From an uncultured Candidatus Saccharibacteria bacterium (GTDB taxonomy: Bacteria > Patescibacteriota > Saccharimonadia > Saccharimonadales > JAGPDM01), in assembly GCA_964622235.1 (NCBI GenBank), contig CAZUNB010000001.1, positions 9,360 to 73,359 on the forward strand: DNA of 64,000 nt, written 5' to 3'. Position numbers and translations under genes: made by a program. This document shows positions 38,701 through 46,771 of this stretch, one piece after another. A model generated the notes under the pieces. That model searched no databases and was not told the DNA's origin. It was given only the letters and a program-made list of their open reading frames with translations. Numbering within the stretch: the stretch's first letter is position 1; each line of letters begins with the position of its first letter.

Positions 38701-39576
38701 ACTTTTGGACAAGTCCACGGAAAGCTTAAAAGGCTAAGAGTACTGAGAGATGATGCTCTAGAGGGAAGCAGAGAATACTCAAGAATTTCACTTAGTATAG
38801 ACGAACTTGACGAAGAGATTAAAGACCTCAACCAAGAAAAGTCTCAACTGCAACAATTGTTTGACGTGAAAACTTTACTAGATTTGTCGCTTAATCAGAT
38901 AAATGCAGGGAAAGTACAGGATGAAAAGGGAAGAGACAGAGACATTGGCGACCTACTAAATCGTTTATCAAAAAATACGCCGAAGTCTTACGCATTTATT
39001 ATCGGGTCCGTCGAAGATACCCTGGAGAACTTTAGAAAACAAAATAGCGGTGTAATGAATGTCTCCGTGGTAGACACTGCTGATTTATCAACAACCATCG
39101 AAATTGGGGCCTATCCTGCCGCATCGTGTCAACACTTTGATGGTGGTGTGGTAAATGAAGCCCTACTTGGATACACGGAGCCAACAACAAAACTATTGGT
39201 CGCCAAGAACGACAAAGGCACCCCAGTAGCAAGATCCGTCTTTAGGCTCATGACCAACAGTGAAGGCCAAACGTCTCTTCATCTTGAAAATGTGTATGCG
39301 GCGGAGCTAAGTGATGGAGTAATTTCCGCCATACTTATGGCAGCACATGCAAAAGCACAGGCAATGGGAGTCTCTCTTTTCGTCTCTTCAAAATCACAAG
39401 ATGCGGCCGGGAATATGATTCCAAATATTTTTGCGACATCTCCGATCCCACAAAAATCTACCGATACAAAGCTACGATCTACGGCAAGTATTCGCGCTCC
39501 ATCTATCTATGTAGACTCGAACGGAGGCTCAACGCAAAGACAGTACACATTAAATAAACTAGCTCTAATAGAGTAA
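35773..39576 (+). CDS. Large (1267 aa) soluble hypothetical protein, predominantly alpha-helical, no recognisable catalytic motif
   Basis: Uninterrupted 3.8-kb ORF with no TM helix, signal peptide or P-loop. It is acidic with a coiled-coil stretch around res 1020-1060 (EIKDLNQEKSQLQQLFD). Flanked by AT-rich promoter-like DNA upstream. Confidence 0.5.
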   Translation: MQTIEQNQPETMQHPDHSGITAEIIAGIGALASLDLAVNKPGWIRNISPQDVIAGDSLSESLGLPGEREPHTDDWLTDEDRTATQAAIKRITKEQKEHQKKRLAEAEQEENPEARRALVLDAWTHNPDTAKRVVGFLNERAKRTPSSRPYSSPDNPVMSDDEIIEASESSKGFQRAVEWCTTLRPRLILERGTKEILESMVDKNALTQSVVSMADADPDSFVYHLEDIRDIIDDPEAFEGAVQKAERNLPEQTLERLTQMVIDEKAAGKPSSQMEDLARSMLVRMRDKPLNAETLANIIQAKIWTKEEVTKQVSGVASTAHGISYYNDFGYDRLSKVISPEMAETAKQAAITAIEDNPKMLCRVAEIDSNQFHNDELVTNGGVMSPELLNKTAEKLLTDPTQSFGFFTGEYLSELTPEIGSRVIDRIIELSTDYYPSEEIMEKASDEQLGSILGNFTQHKPGFLLSVVENNERALAIVCAMPPDNKLEIMGRLSTYNLIKSSETLETIGVPAEIVAQQIKYSFDRSPDMSSLVSITDKGLLPPDDISGMRDRLVEAVASGETRPEQFVANRDLDIEVFSDEELTAAIAAIGEANPAAGFACALKNRGYYSKTEIEKIISTAISDHLDDDLLLSEVFANVYSGKEPIVSIVGGSRVADFVQGLSSKQLDGIAYRQNKIAATIGVEGTKALAHKIVQENPASLLLEEFRDFYASFYPDFDPDSFKVEDLPENTEVKDLGGKYLVDKWKKLQSSTSEIRRSEIATELSSLYQKINDIKLNGNAEGAQKIVDSLNGTKVSRREVIGSLWLFTELGENMPESVEAYSDLEEMLVVSLADKLGMEEPNKEQVKLLVESGFRVYSFGVYANEHMNPAHKEVLGAILKSSLDENFTEWKYGGDTEDDLEHLKSSGLVPESLTLDQYLAWQHDETTETSIGLELGASTALAAISDTMTGYQPELLMTAAETDYQEIKGELQSMGKTFGQVHGKLKRLRVLRDDALEGSREYSRISLSIDELDEEIKDLNQEKSQLQQLFDVKTLLDLSLNQINAGKVQDEKGRDRDIGDLLNRLSKNTPKSYAFIIGSVEDTLENFRKQNSGVMNVSVVDTADLSTTIEIGAYPAASCQHFDGGVVNEALLGYTEPTTKLLVAKNDKGTPVARSVFRLMTNSEGQTSLHLENVYAAELSDGVISAILMAAHAKAQAMGVSLFVSSKSQDAAGNMIPNIFATSPIPQKSTDTKLRSTASIRAPSIYVDSNGGSTQRQYTLNKLALIE

Positions 39577-39645
39577 GGGTTATGGGATCTAGTAGATTGA
39601 TGCATTTGCTATACTTTTATAAACAGTAAATTAAACGGGGAAAAT

Positions 39646-40401
39646 ATGAAAAAATTTATTGCATTTGATATTGATGACACTTTGGCGGTCAGTAAACAGC
39701 CGATTAGCGAGCAGATGAACGGACTGCTTGATAAATTAATGGAAAAATATGAGGTTTGCGTAATTTCTGGCGGGATTTTCAGCGTCCACAAACAGCAAAT
39801 CATTGATCCTATGACGTCGGCAGGCACAGGTAATCTCGGAAAACTACACGTTTTATCTACTTGCGGAACACAGTACTTCAAACAGCAAGATGATAAGTCC
39901 TGGGACACAATCTATAAACAAGCTATCCCCGAAACAGACCGCAAGAAAATTGCCGAAACGCTCGAAAGTGTCGCTCGTGAGCTCGGCTATTGGGAAGAAA
40001 ATCCAGCTGGTGAGATTATCGAAGACCGTGAAACTCAAGTAACTTTCAGCGCACTTGGTCAAAAAGCCAGCCCCGAAGATAAATACGCCTGGGACCCAGA
40101 CCATATCAAGAAATATGCACTCCGAGACAAAGCTCAAGAACTAGTGCCAGAATACGAATTCCGCGCAGGTGGCACGACTAGCATTGACGTGACACAGAAG
40201 GGTGTTGATAAAGCTTTTGGCATGAGAGAACTAATGCAATTAAATAACCTCGATAAATCTGACATCTTGTTCATCGGCGATAACCTCAAACCAGGTGGTA
40301 ATGATTATCCGGTCAAAGAAATGGGGATCGATACAATTGCGGTTGAGCGCTGGGAAGACACCGCATTAGTTATAGAAACTATTTTAAAGATTACAAACTA
40401 A
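39646..40401 (+). CDS. HAD-superfamily hydrolase, subfamily IIB (Cof/phosphomannomutase-like phosphatase fold)
   Basis: Motif I FDIDDTL at the N-terminus, motif III/IV LFIGDNLKPGGNDYPV, a cap region between them, and a 251-aa length. Confidence 0.65.
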   Translation: MKKFIAFDIDDTLAVSKQPISEQMNGLLDKLMEKYEVCVISGGIFSVHKQQIIDPMTSAGTGNLGKLHVLSTCGTQYFKQQDDKSWDTIYKQAIPETDRKKIAETLESVARELGYWEENPAGEIIEDRETQVTFSALGQKASPEDKYAWDPDHIKKYALRDKAQELVPEYEFRAGGTTSIDVTQKGVDKAFGMRELMQLNNLDKSDILFIGDNLKPGGNDYPVKEMGIDTIAVERWEDTALVIETILKITN

Positions 40402-40979
40402 TGAATGATCCATTTTCCCACAAAAGCTTTACTGTTCGCCGTAAGTTTTGGCAGTTTCTAGGTGCCACTATTCATATCCGTAGTTTTGACGGACAACTGA
40501 TTGGCAACGCCAAGCTCAAAGCGTTTAAGCTACGCGAGGCTATCACCTTGTTCGCCGACGATGCTCGGACTATCCCACTGCTAAGTATAAAGGCGCGAAC
40601 TATTCTCGATTTTGGCACAGTTTATGATGTTTTAGATCTTGATAATAAACGAATTGGTAGCCTAAAACGACAGGGATGGAAAAGTATAGTATCTGACCAA
40701 TGGCAAATTTGGGATGCAGACGAGCAAGTTATTGGAGAAATCAATGAAGATAACGTTGCACTCGCACTAGTACGACGGTTTTTAACTAACCTTATACCGC
40801 AAAAATTTACTCTTACGGATAAGTCTGGAAAAGTGTATGGAAATGTTTCACAACGATTCAACCCCCTTATCGTTGAGCTAGATGTAAAGCTCGAATCAGA
40901 AATCGAGACTGGAATAGACCCTCGCTTAACCATGGTCGCAACACTAATGCTTGCCGCTATAGAAGGCAGACAGGGCTAA
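40401..40979 (+). CDS. Hypothetical protein, LURP-one-related / tubby C-terminal-like (scramblase-fold) candidate
   Basis: 192 aa. Alternating beta-strand-like pattern FTVRRKFWQ...IHIRSFDGQLIGNAKLKAFKL...GTVYDVLDLDNKRIGSLKRQGW...WQIWDADEQVIGEINED resembles LOR/DUF567 family spacing. Start overlaps the upstream stop (TAATG). The call is weak. Confidence 0.35.
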   Translation: MNDPFSHKSFTVRRKFWQFLGATIHIRSFDGQLIGNAKLKAFKLREAITLFADDARTIPLLSIKARTILDFGTVYDVLDLDNKRIGSLKRQGWKSIVSDQWQIWDADEQVIGEINEDNVALALVRRFLTNLIPQKFTLTDKSGKVYGNVSQRFNPLIVELDVKLESEIETGIDPRLTMVATLMLAAIEGRQG

Positions 40980-41340
40980 AGCCCTAGTTTATTATTAAAA
41001 AATTCATTTTTCTAACCTATTACTTTGCACCAGCAAAGCAGTACAAAGCTCTCTCTCACCCTCAAAAGCTACTGCCCGATGCAGCAGTCGATTTGCAGGC
41101 TTTTGGGTCTGGGCATAAGAAAACCAAAGCCTGGGTGTGAATGTAAAATAAACAATCTCAGGATAGGTGTGTTTGAGTGAGTGGAGCGAACGAGTTCGCC
41201 TATCCATTGTTTATCTTTACAATGAGCACGCCAAGCGACGTGACAGCCCAGCACTTTGCTCAACCTTGGTGACAAAGTTGAATGGGGTAAAAAAGGAATA
41301 TAGTGCTTTGTTACTTTTGACAGCAAAAGTAAGGGAAGAT

Positions 41341-41592
41341 TTATTTTTTGAAAATAGCTTTATAGATAGCAATAACGATTACTGCGCCAACCGTAGCAAC
41401 CATAAGGCTGTAGAGGTTGAAGCCAGTTACCGGTGTGCCTCCAAAGAAGTTGAAAACTGCGCCACCAACGACTGCACCTAGGACACCAGCGATAATATTA
41501 CCGATTATTCCTTGTGATTCGTTTGTTTTTGCGATCATCGAAGCTATCCAGCCTGCGATTCCACCTAGAATTATTGTTGCTAAAATGCCCAT
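41341..41592 (-). CDS. GlsB/YeaQ/YmgE-family small membrane protein
   Basis: 83 aa: GILATIILGGIAGWIASMI...GIIGNIIAGVLGAVVGGAVFNFFG...LMVATVGAVIVIAIYK. Gly-zipper helices typical of the family and a paralogue of the 15134-15292 gene. Confidence 0.7.
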   Translation of the reverse strand: MGILATIILGGIAGWIASMIAKTNESQGIIGNIIAGVLGAVVGGAVFNFFGGTPVTGFNLYSLMVATVGAVIVIAIYKAIFKK

Positions 41593-41654
41593 AAAAAAAC
41601 TCCTTTTATTAGTTAGGATGTATTTTTATTATACACGATTAAAATATTTGTCTA

Positions 41655-41682
41655 TTGAATTTATATATGTTTATGTTATAAT
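41655..41682 (+). promoter_or_regulatory. Sigma-70-like promoter candidate (TTGAAT-16 nt-TATAAT) upstream of the 41749 gene
   Basis: TTGAAT at 41655-41660, a 16-nt spacer, TATAAT at 41677-41682, sitting about 65 nt upstream of the ATG in an AT-rich gap. Confidence 0.3.
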
Positions 41683-41748
41683 ATAATTATAAGTATCGAG
41701 AATGAACTTAATTTTGATAGTAGTGACAGTAGATTTTGTTCGTTACAA

Positions 41749-42051
41749 ATGCCTATAGACATGGCACTAAAAAGAAACCCTCCTATTAGCGAAGAAGTTG
41801 TTGTTGATGCGGATATAACTGTAGAAGGGGAAAATTTTTCCGCCTACTTTGTAAACTTAAACGAACTAGGCTGTTCCGAGTTAAAAGGATCTCAAGAGAC
41901 GCTGGCAATTGACTCCTCGCCACAAGATGGTGGAAGAATGTGTATTGTTATCGAAACCCCTAAAGTAAGCGGCATTGATACGACTTTCAAGGAAATAGAT
42001 GCGAAAAAAGCAACAGAAATCGGTGCGTTGATACGCAACTTCAAGATATAA
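41749..42051 (+). CDS. Hypothetical small acidic protein
   Basis: 100-aa ORF with a promoter-like element upstream. No motif recognised. Confidence 0.35.
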   Translation: MPIDMALKRNPPISEEVVVDADITVEGENFSAYFVNLNELGCSELKGSQETLAIDSSPQDGGRMCIVIETPKVSGIDTTFKEIDAKKATEIGALIRNFKI

Positions 42052-42070
42052 CAACTAACACCGAGATTTT

Positions 42071-42946
42071 TTATTTTGATTCAAGTCTTTTTTTGCTGAA
42101 TGCAATGAACACTATTGATAAAAATGCTAATCCAGCACTAGCTAGGTAGAGATGAGCAATGTTTGAACCAGTGGCTGGTAGCTGGGCGGAGGTTGGAGCG
42201 TTTCCCTCTGGTGCAGAAGAAGTAGTTTGGCTAGCAGATGCTTGACTAGCACAGCCAGCATCATCGTAAGTTAGCTCGGCAGTTTCGATTGTTGTTTGGG
42301 CGGTTGTGGTTTGACCACCAATCCATTGTTGAATGTAAATTCCAATGTCGTCCTGATTGTAGCCCGTAATATCCCAAGTTGCGTCAAGTCGACCTGCGTA
42401 GCCAAGACTGGCTGGGAAAAAATTAACACCATCACCTAAACCACGATCAACAGTAGCAAATGATGATTGGCCAAAGGCCACTGGAAGCCAAGTGTTTCCA
42501 TCCTCGCCAGTGGCAATCGTATAGTTATTAAGTAAAACCAAATCATTTGTGTTGTATAGACCCAGAAAAACACCTCCAACTGCTGCTTCATTTTGAGCTA
42601 TTGTGTTTGTTGTTAGCCGAATATTTTGTATTTGTGCTCCAGTGCAAAGAGAGGAGAGGTCGGCCCTCCAGCTATATCCAGCAGGAGGTTCAGCTGAGCT
42701 ACGGTCATCTAGATTTGTCGCTATATTGTTAGACGGATCTGTGATTACCACGCCAAGTTCAGAGACCAATTGCGAGCTTTCATCTGCAATGTGGATATCG
42801 TCATTGGCGGTAGTCGTATTAAGCTGAAGAGTCTGAGTAGCTGCCGAAACATTGATACCGCTTATACTGAAAATCAATAAAATACTTACAAACACTACAC
42901 CGCTAAGTTGTTTGATTCTTGTTGTTGAATGGTTTTCCACGCCCAT
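42071..42946 (-). CDS. LPxTG (LPATG) cell-wall-anchored surface protein
   Basis: N-terminal signal-anchor, then a Thr/Asn/Gly-rich beta-rich domain. C-terminal LPATGS plus hydrophobic helix plus KKRLESK tail. Confidence 0.6.
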   Translation of the reverse strand: MGVENHSTTRIKQLSGVVFVSILLIFSISGINVSAATQTLQLNTTTANDDIHIADESSQLVSELGVVITDPSNNIATNLDDRSSAEPPAGYSWRADLSSLCTGAQIQNIRLTTNTIAQNEAAVGGVFLGLYNTNDLVLLNNYTIATGEDGNTWLPVAFGQSSFATVDRGLGDGVNFFPASLGYAGRLDATWDITGYNQDDIGIYIQQWIGGQTTTAQTTIETAELTYDDAGCASQASASQTTSSAPEGNAPTSAQLPATGSNIAHLYLASAGLAFLSIVFIAFSKKRLESK

Positions 42947-43033
42947 ATAGATGACCTCACTTATTAATATAATTAATTTGCAAAAATCATAACATATGAT
43001 GACGCTTAAGGCAATGTATTAAAGTAGATAAAA

Positions 43034-43060
43034 CTAGCACTTGCATGGTGAGAGTGCCAA
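43034..43060 (+). promoter_or_regulatory. CIRCE (HrcA operator) inverted repeat upstream of groES
   Basis: cTAGCACTt-N9-GAGTGCcAA versus consensus TTAGCACTC-N9-GAGTGCTAA (15/18 matches with correct 9-nt spacing), about 45 nt upstream of the groES ATG. Confidence 0.6.
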
Positions 43061-43104
43061 TGCTATGATTTTAAGTACCAATAATTAGCAAACAAAGGAG
43101 GAGA

Positions 43105-43374
43105 GTGCCAATGGCCAAAATTACACCATTGAAGGATCGCGTAGTCGCTGTTCGCGAAGTAGCGGAGAGCAAGACTAAGTCGGGGCTATATCTGCCAGAC
43201 AACGCCAAAGAATCACCAAAAACAGCGGTGATAGAGTCTGTCGGTAAAGAAGTGAAGTCAGTTAAAAAAGGCGAGAAAATCGTCTTTAAAGAATACACTG
43301 CAACTGAACTCAAAATCGACGGAACTGAATATCTTGTCATTAAAGAAGAGGATATTTTAGCTACGGTTGCGTAG
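43105..43374 (+). CDS. groES: Co-chaperonin GroES
   Basis: MAKITPLKDRVVAV...GLYLPDNAKE...GEKIVFKEY...DGTEYLVIKEEDILA over 89 aa. Strong SD (AAGGAGG) upstream. Confidence 0.9.
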   Translation: MPMAKITPLKDRVVAVREVAESKTKSGLYLPDNAKESPKTAVIESVGKEVKSVKKGEKIVFKEYTATELKIDGTEYLVIKEEDILATVA

Positions 43375-43401
43375 TTAAAATTTATAGAAAGGAAATTATT
43401 T

Positions 43402-45039
43402 ATGGCTAAAAAAATGTTTTACGATGACGAAGCTCGACGACGAGTTTTGGCTGGAGCACAGAAACTGTATGATGCAGTAAAAGTAACGATGGGACCAAAA
43501 GGTCGCAACGTTGTAATCAGCAAAAGCTTCGGCAACCCAACCGTTACACACGATGGTGTTACCGTCGCTAAAGCGGTTGATCTTCCCGAAGACAATGATG
43601 AAAACCTTGGTGAAAAGGTTGGCGCAGAGCTAATCAAGCAAGCTGCGAGCAAGATGAACGACGTCGCCGGTGATGGTACAACTACTGTTACTGTTCTGAC
43701 TTACCACATCCTAGCTGAAGCTAACCGTCTTATCGCGGCTGGCCATAACCCAATGGATCTCCGTAAGGGTGTTGAAAAAGCTGGACAAGAAGCCCTCGAA
43801 GCTCTTTCAAGTATGCGCGTCGATATCGCCGCTAAAGCAGACAAGGTTGCTCAAGTTGCAACAATTAGTGCAGGTGACGAAGAAATTGGGGAAATGATTG
43901 CTGATGTTATCGGCAAAGTTGGCAAAGATGGTGTTGTTACTGTCGAAGAGGGCCAAAGTCTTGGCTTAGAGAGTGAAGTTGTTGAAGGTTTCAATATGGA
44001 CCGTGGATTTGTCAGCCCCTACATGGTTACCGACAGCGCTCGCATGGAAGCAAGCTACGATAAGCCAGCAATTCTCGTTACAACTCAAAAAGTCAGTAGC
44101 ATCCAAGAATTCCTACCACTACTTGAGAAACTAGCTCAATCTGGCAAAAAAGATCTCGTGATTATCGCTGAAGATATCGATGGTGAAGCACTCGCGACAC
44201 TAGTGTTAAACAAGCTGAAAGGTACGTTCAACACTCTCGCACTGAAGGCTCCAGCTTTCGGTGATCGTCGAAAAGCTATTCTCGAAGACATTGCTATCCT
44301 AACCGGTGCAACTGTTATCGACGAAGAGCGCGGCTACACCTTCGAAAATGCTGAGCTCGATATGCTCGGGTCAGCTCGAAGAGTGATTGCCGACAAAGAT
44401 CAGACAACTATCATCGAAGGCGCCGGAAGTGCAGCTGATGTGGCTTCACGAATTGATCAAATTCGTACTCACATCGACAATGCTACTAGCGAATATGACA
44501 AAGAGAACCTAGAGAAACGACAAGCTGCCCTTAGTGGTAAAGTCGCCGTTATTAAAGTCGGCGGCGCAACTGAAACTGAAATCGAAGAGAAGAAATTCCG
44601 AGTCGATGACGCAGTTGCTGCTACAAAGGCTGCTCTCGACGAAGGTATCGTCCCAGGTGGTGGCATCACACTGATTAACATCGCCAACAAGATCAGTGAT
44701 GAAAACAGTGCTGGGTATCAGCTGCTTAAGAACGCACTGGTCCAACCGTTTAAACACCTGATGGCAAATGCTGGGCTTAACCCAGACGAGAAGCTACCTC
44801 AGGTTCGTAGCGCTGCTAAAGCCGGACAAGGCTTCAACGTTAACAGCCCTGAAGAATTGGTCGACATGATCAAAGCTGGAGTCATTGACCCAGCTCGTGT
44901 GACCAAAGAAGTTATTCAGAATGCAGTTTCGATAGCTGCAACTGCTATGACAATGGGCGGCCTTGTGGTCGAAATCCCAGAAGCTGAAGCTCCAATGCCA
45001 GGTGGTGGTATGGGCGGCGGCATGCCTGGAATGATGTAG
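43402..45039 (+). CDS. groEL: Chaperonin GroEL
   Basis: Canonical GroEL throughout (AGDGTTTATVL, GGGxxLI equatorial motifs) with a C-terminal GGM repeat tail ([12 protein letters not shown]). Length 545 aa. Confidence 0.95.
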   Translation: MAKKMFYDDEARRRVLAGAQKLYDAVKVTMGPKGRNVVISKSFGNPTVTHDGVTVAKAVDLPEDNDENLGEKVGAELIKQAASKMNDVAGDGTTTVTVLTYHILAEANRLIAAGHNPMDLRKGVEKAGQEALEALSSMRVDIAAKADKVAQVATISAGDEEIGEMIADVIGKVGKDGVVTVEEGQSLGLESEVVEGFNMDRGFVSPYMVTDSARMEASYDKPAILVTTQKVSSIQEFLPLLEKLAQSGKKDLVIIAEDIDGEALATLVLNKLKGTFNTLALKAPAFGDRRKAILEDIAILTGATVIDEERGYTFENAELDMLGSARRVIADKDQTTIIEGAGSAADVASRIDQIRTHIDNATSEYDKENLEKRQAALSGKVAVIKVGGATETEIEEKKFRVDDAVAATKAALDEGIVPGGGITLINIANKISDENSAGYQLLKNALVQPFKHLMANAGLNPDEKLPQVRSAAKAGQGFNVNSPEELVDMIKAGVIDPARVTKEVIQNAVSIAATAMTMGGLVVEIPEAEAPMPGGGMGGGMPGMM

Positions 45040-45046
45040 TTTATAA

Positions 45047-45075
45047 GGGGAGAGAACAACTCCCTCTCCCCTTAA
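45047..45075 (+). terminator. Rho-independent terminator-like hairpin after groEL
   Basis: GGGGAGAG-loop-CTCTCCCC GC-rich stem immediately after the TAG stop, followed by a T-containing tract (TTAATT). Confidence 0.5.
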
Positions 45076-45343
45076 TTAGTTACACTCAGAGCCCTTCTCA
45101 AATAAGGCCAAACAGACCAGCAAGCAATTGCTGGTCTGTTTGTATATGTGGCAGATTTTGTCTGTTATTTTAAAAATAGATGAGTAGTTTTCTCATTGTC
45201 CGCTTTTTGGACTGCCCATCTGTCAAACTATAAAAAAGATGCCTGGGTTACTCAGACATCTTTTTTGTTATTACCTCACCATATTCAAAAGTCTTTTTAC
45301 GAAAAATATGGTTTGGAACTGTGATACGTGCATCTTTTAAGTA

Positions 45344-46043
45344 TTATTTTATCGATACGGTGTAGTCGGTACCATTACGACTAAAACTTACTACCCAAGT
45401 TCCCTGGTCGTAAAGTTCTTTGCTTACTTCAAAAACTTTTGCACCCTGTACTTTGATTCCTGGGTTTAGATCACTCAAAATTTTATCGTTCGGGTCAATC
45501 TCCGTTGAGTAGGTACTAGATGCATCTATGTCAGAATCATATTTAACATCGTTTTTTTGTATCAACCAGGTTAAAGGTTGTTGTAGAAAATGAGCTTATC
45601 GGTTCCTTGCTAGTATTTTTAAGCGAATACTTCACGGCAACGAAGACACCGCCATCAGCAGGAGTTTTTTCAACGTACTGTCCGCCCACAACTGTCTTTT
45701 CCTCTACTGAGTCAATGGTTACTTCTAGCCCGTCTGCATCTATTGCTTCACCAAGGCCAAACTTTTTACTTTCTTCGACCTTTGTCGTTGGAGTTTTATT
45801 TAGCTCTTTATTCACTGCATCACCAGCTGCAAACAAGCCACCAAGGAGCATCAATACAGTCAAAATCCCTAGTATTGAAATAATCATGGCAGTTATAGCC
45901 AGTCCTTTACTTTGTTTTTTACTTAAAGCAACTATACTGAGTATGAATCCAACTGGCGCAAACAAAAATGCAAAAACTAGCGCTAAGACTGCAATAGTAT
46001 TACTACCTGACTGCTGTTTATCGTTACTAATATTATTTTCCAT
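45344..46043 (-). pseudogene. DUF4352-like (N-terminal TM anchor + Ig-like fold) lipoprotein-type gene split by a frameshift at an A7 homopolymer
   Basis: The 166-aa ORF (TM anchor, then ...KFGLGEAIDADGLEVTIDSVEEKT...FVAVKYSLKNTSKEP...FNLVD) ends TKKRC*. The overlapping 73-aa ORF continues the same domain in another frame (...KYDSDIDASSTYSTEIDPND...PGIKVQGAKVFEVSKELYDQGTWVVSF). The two frames rejoin if the aaaaaaa run at 45553-45559 (minus strand) loses one A. Confidence 0.55.
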
Positions 46044-46227
46044 ATAAAACTCCTCATTTTAATACTGCTTAAACTTAACTATAATACCAACAAACCACTA
46101 TGCCTCCATAAGGATAAATCTCTTAATTATCAACGATATTAACTTACACAAAGAAATCAGTTTGTTTTTTTATGATTTTTTTTCTATACTAGCCCCATAA
46201 GCACAAGCATAAAAGGGTGGAAACTAT

Positions 46228-46740
46228 ATGGCAAATGAACAGAATACTAATGAACCGTTGATTCAGGCCCCGGCTGGTATGGCACCACCGCCGGCACAAT
46301 CTCCTTTGAACACAACACCAAGCATTATAAAAAAACCTGAGAACGCACGAGCAGGATCAGTCACGGATAACAATAATGTAGCAACCCCTCCACGACCTAC
46401 CTTTAACCCACCAAAGAACGACACTACTACTGTTACCGTAAACACCAATACTCCTAATAGCGTGGCTAGTTCTGGTGGTGATGACAATGGTGGCTTAGCT
46501 AATCTTCGAGAACAAGCACTTGAGCAGCTCCGTCCACTCCTCGATGAAGCTACTCTCGATGCAACTGAGAAGTTTGACATCTACATGCGCCTAATTCACA
46601 CCTCAAACGACTCAGGTCTACTGGCTAAAGCTCACGAAGTTGCCGCCCAAATTGAAGATAATGATGAGCGCGCTAGAGCCTTGTTTGACGTGGTAACCGA
46701 AATTGATTTCCAGTTGCACGACCAAAACCAACCTGAGTAA
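46228..46740 (+). CDS. Hypothetical protein with Pro/Thr/Asn-rich disordered N-terminus and helical C-terminus
   Basis: 170 aa. The N-terminal about 90 aa are low-complexity (PPPAQSP, TPPRPTFNPP, TTTVTVNTNTP). The C-terminal about 70 aa are helical. Confidence 0.4.
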   Translation: MANEQNTNEPLIQAPAGMAPPPAQSPLNTTPSIIKKPENARAGSVTDNNNVATPPRPTFNPPKNDTTTVTVNTNTPNSVASSGGDDNGGLANLREQALEQLRPLLDEATLDATEKFDIYMRLIHTSNDSGLLAKAHEVAAQIEDNDERARALFDVVTEIDFQLHDQNQPE

Positions 46741-46771
46741 GCCTATAATTTAATCAAGCTTATATTGGTGA

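Noticed and set aside
41004-41340. 340-nt region with only short overlapping ORFs, considered as a possible structured ncRNA (RNase P RNA, SRP RNA, tmRNA, 6S)
   Set aside because: None of the universal motifs are present (RNase P GGAAAGTCCGG / P4, SRP AGGAAGCAGCC, tmRNA tag-resume and 3' tRNA-like end). It is left as an unannotated intergenic region and possible promoter of the downstream GlsB-family gene.
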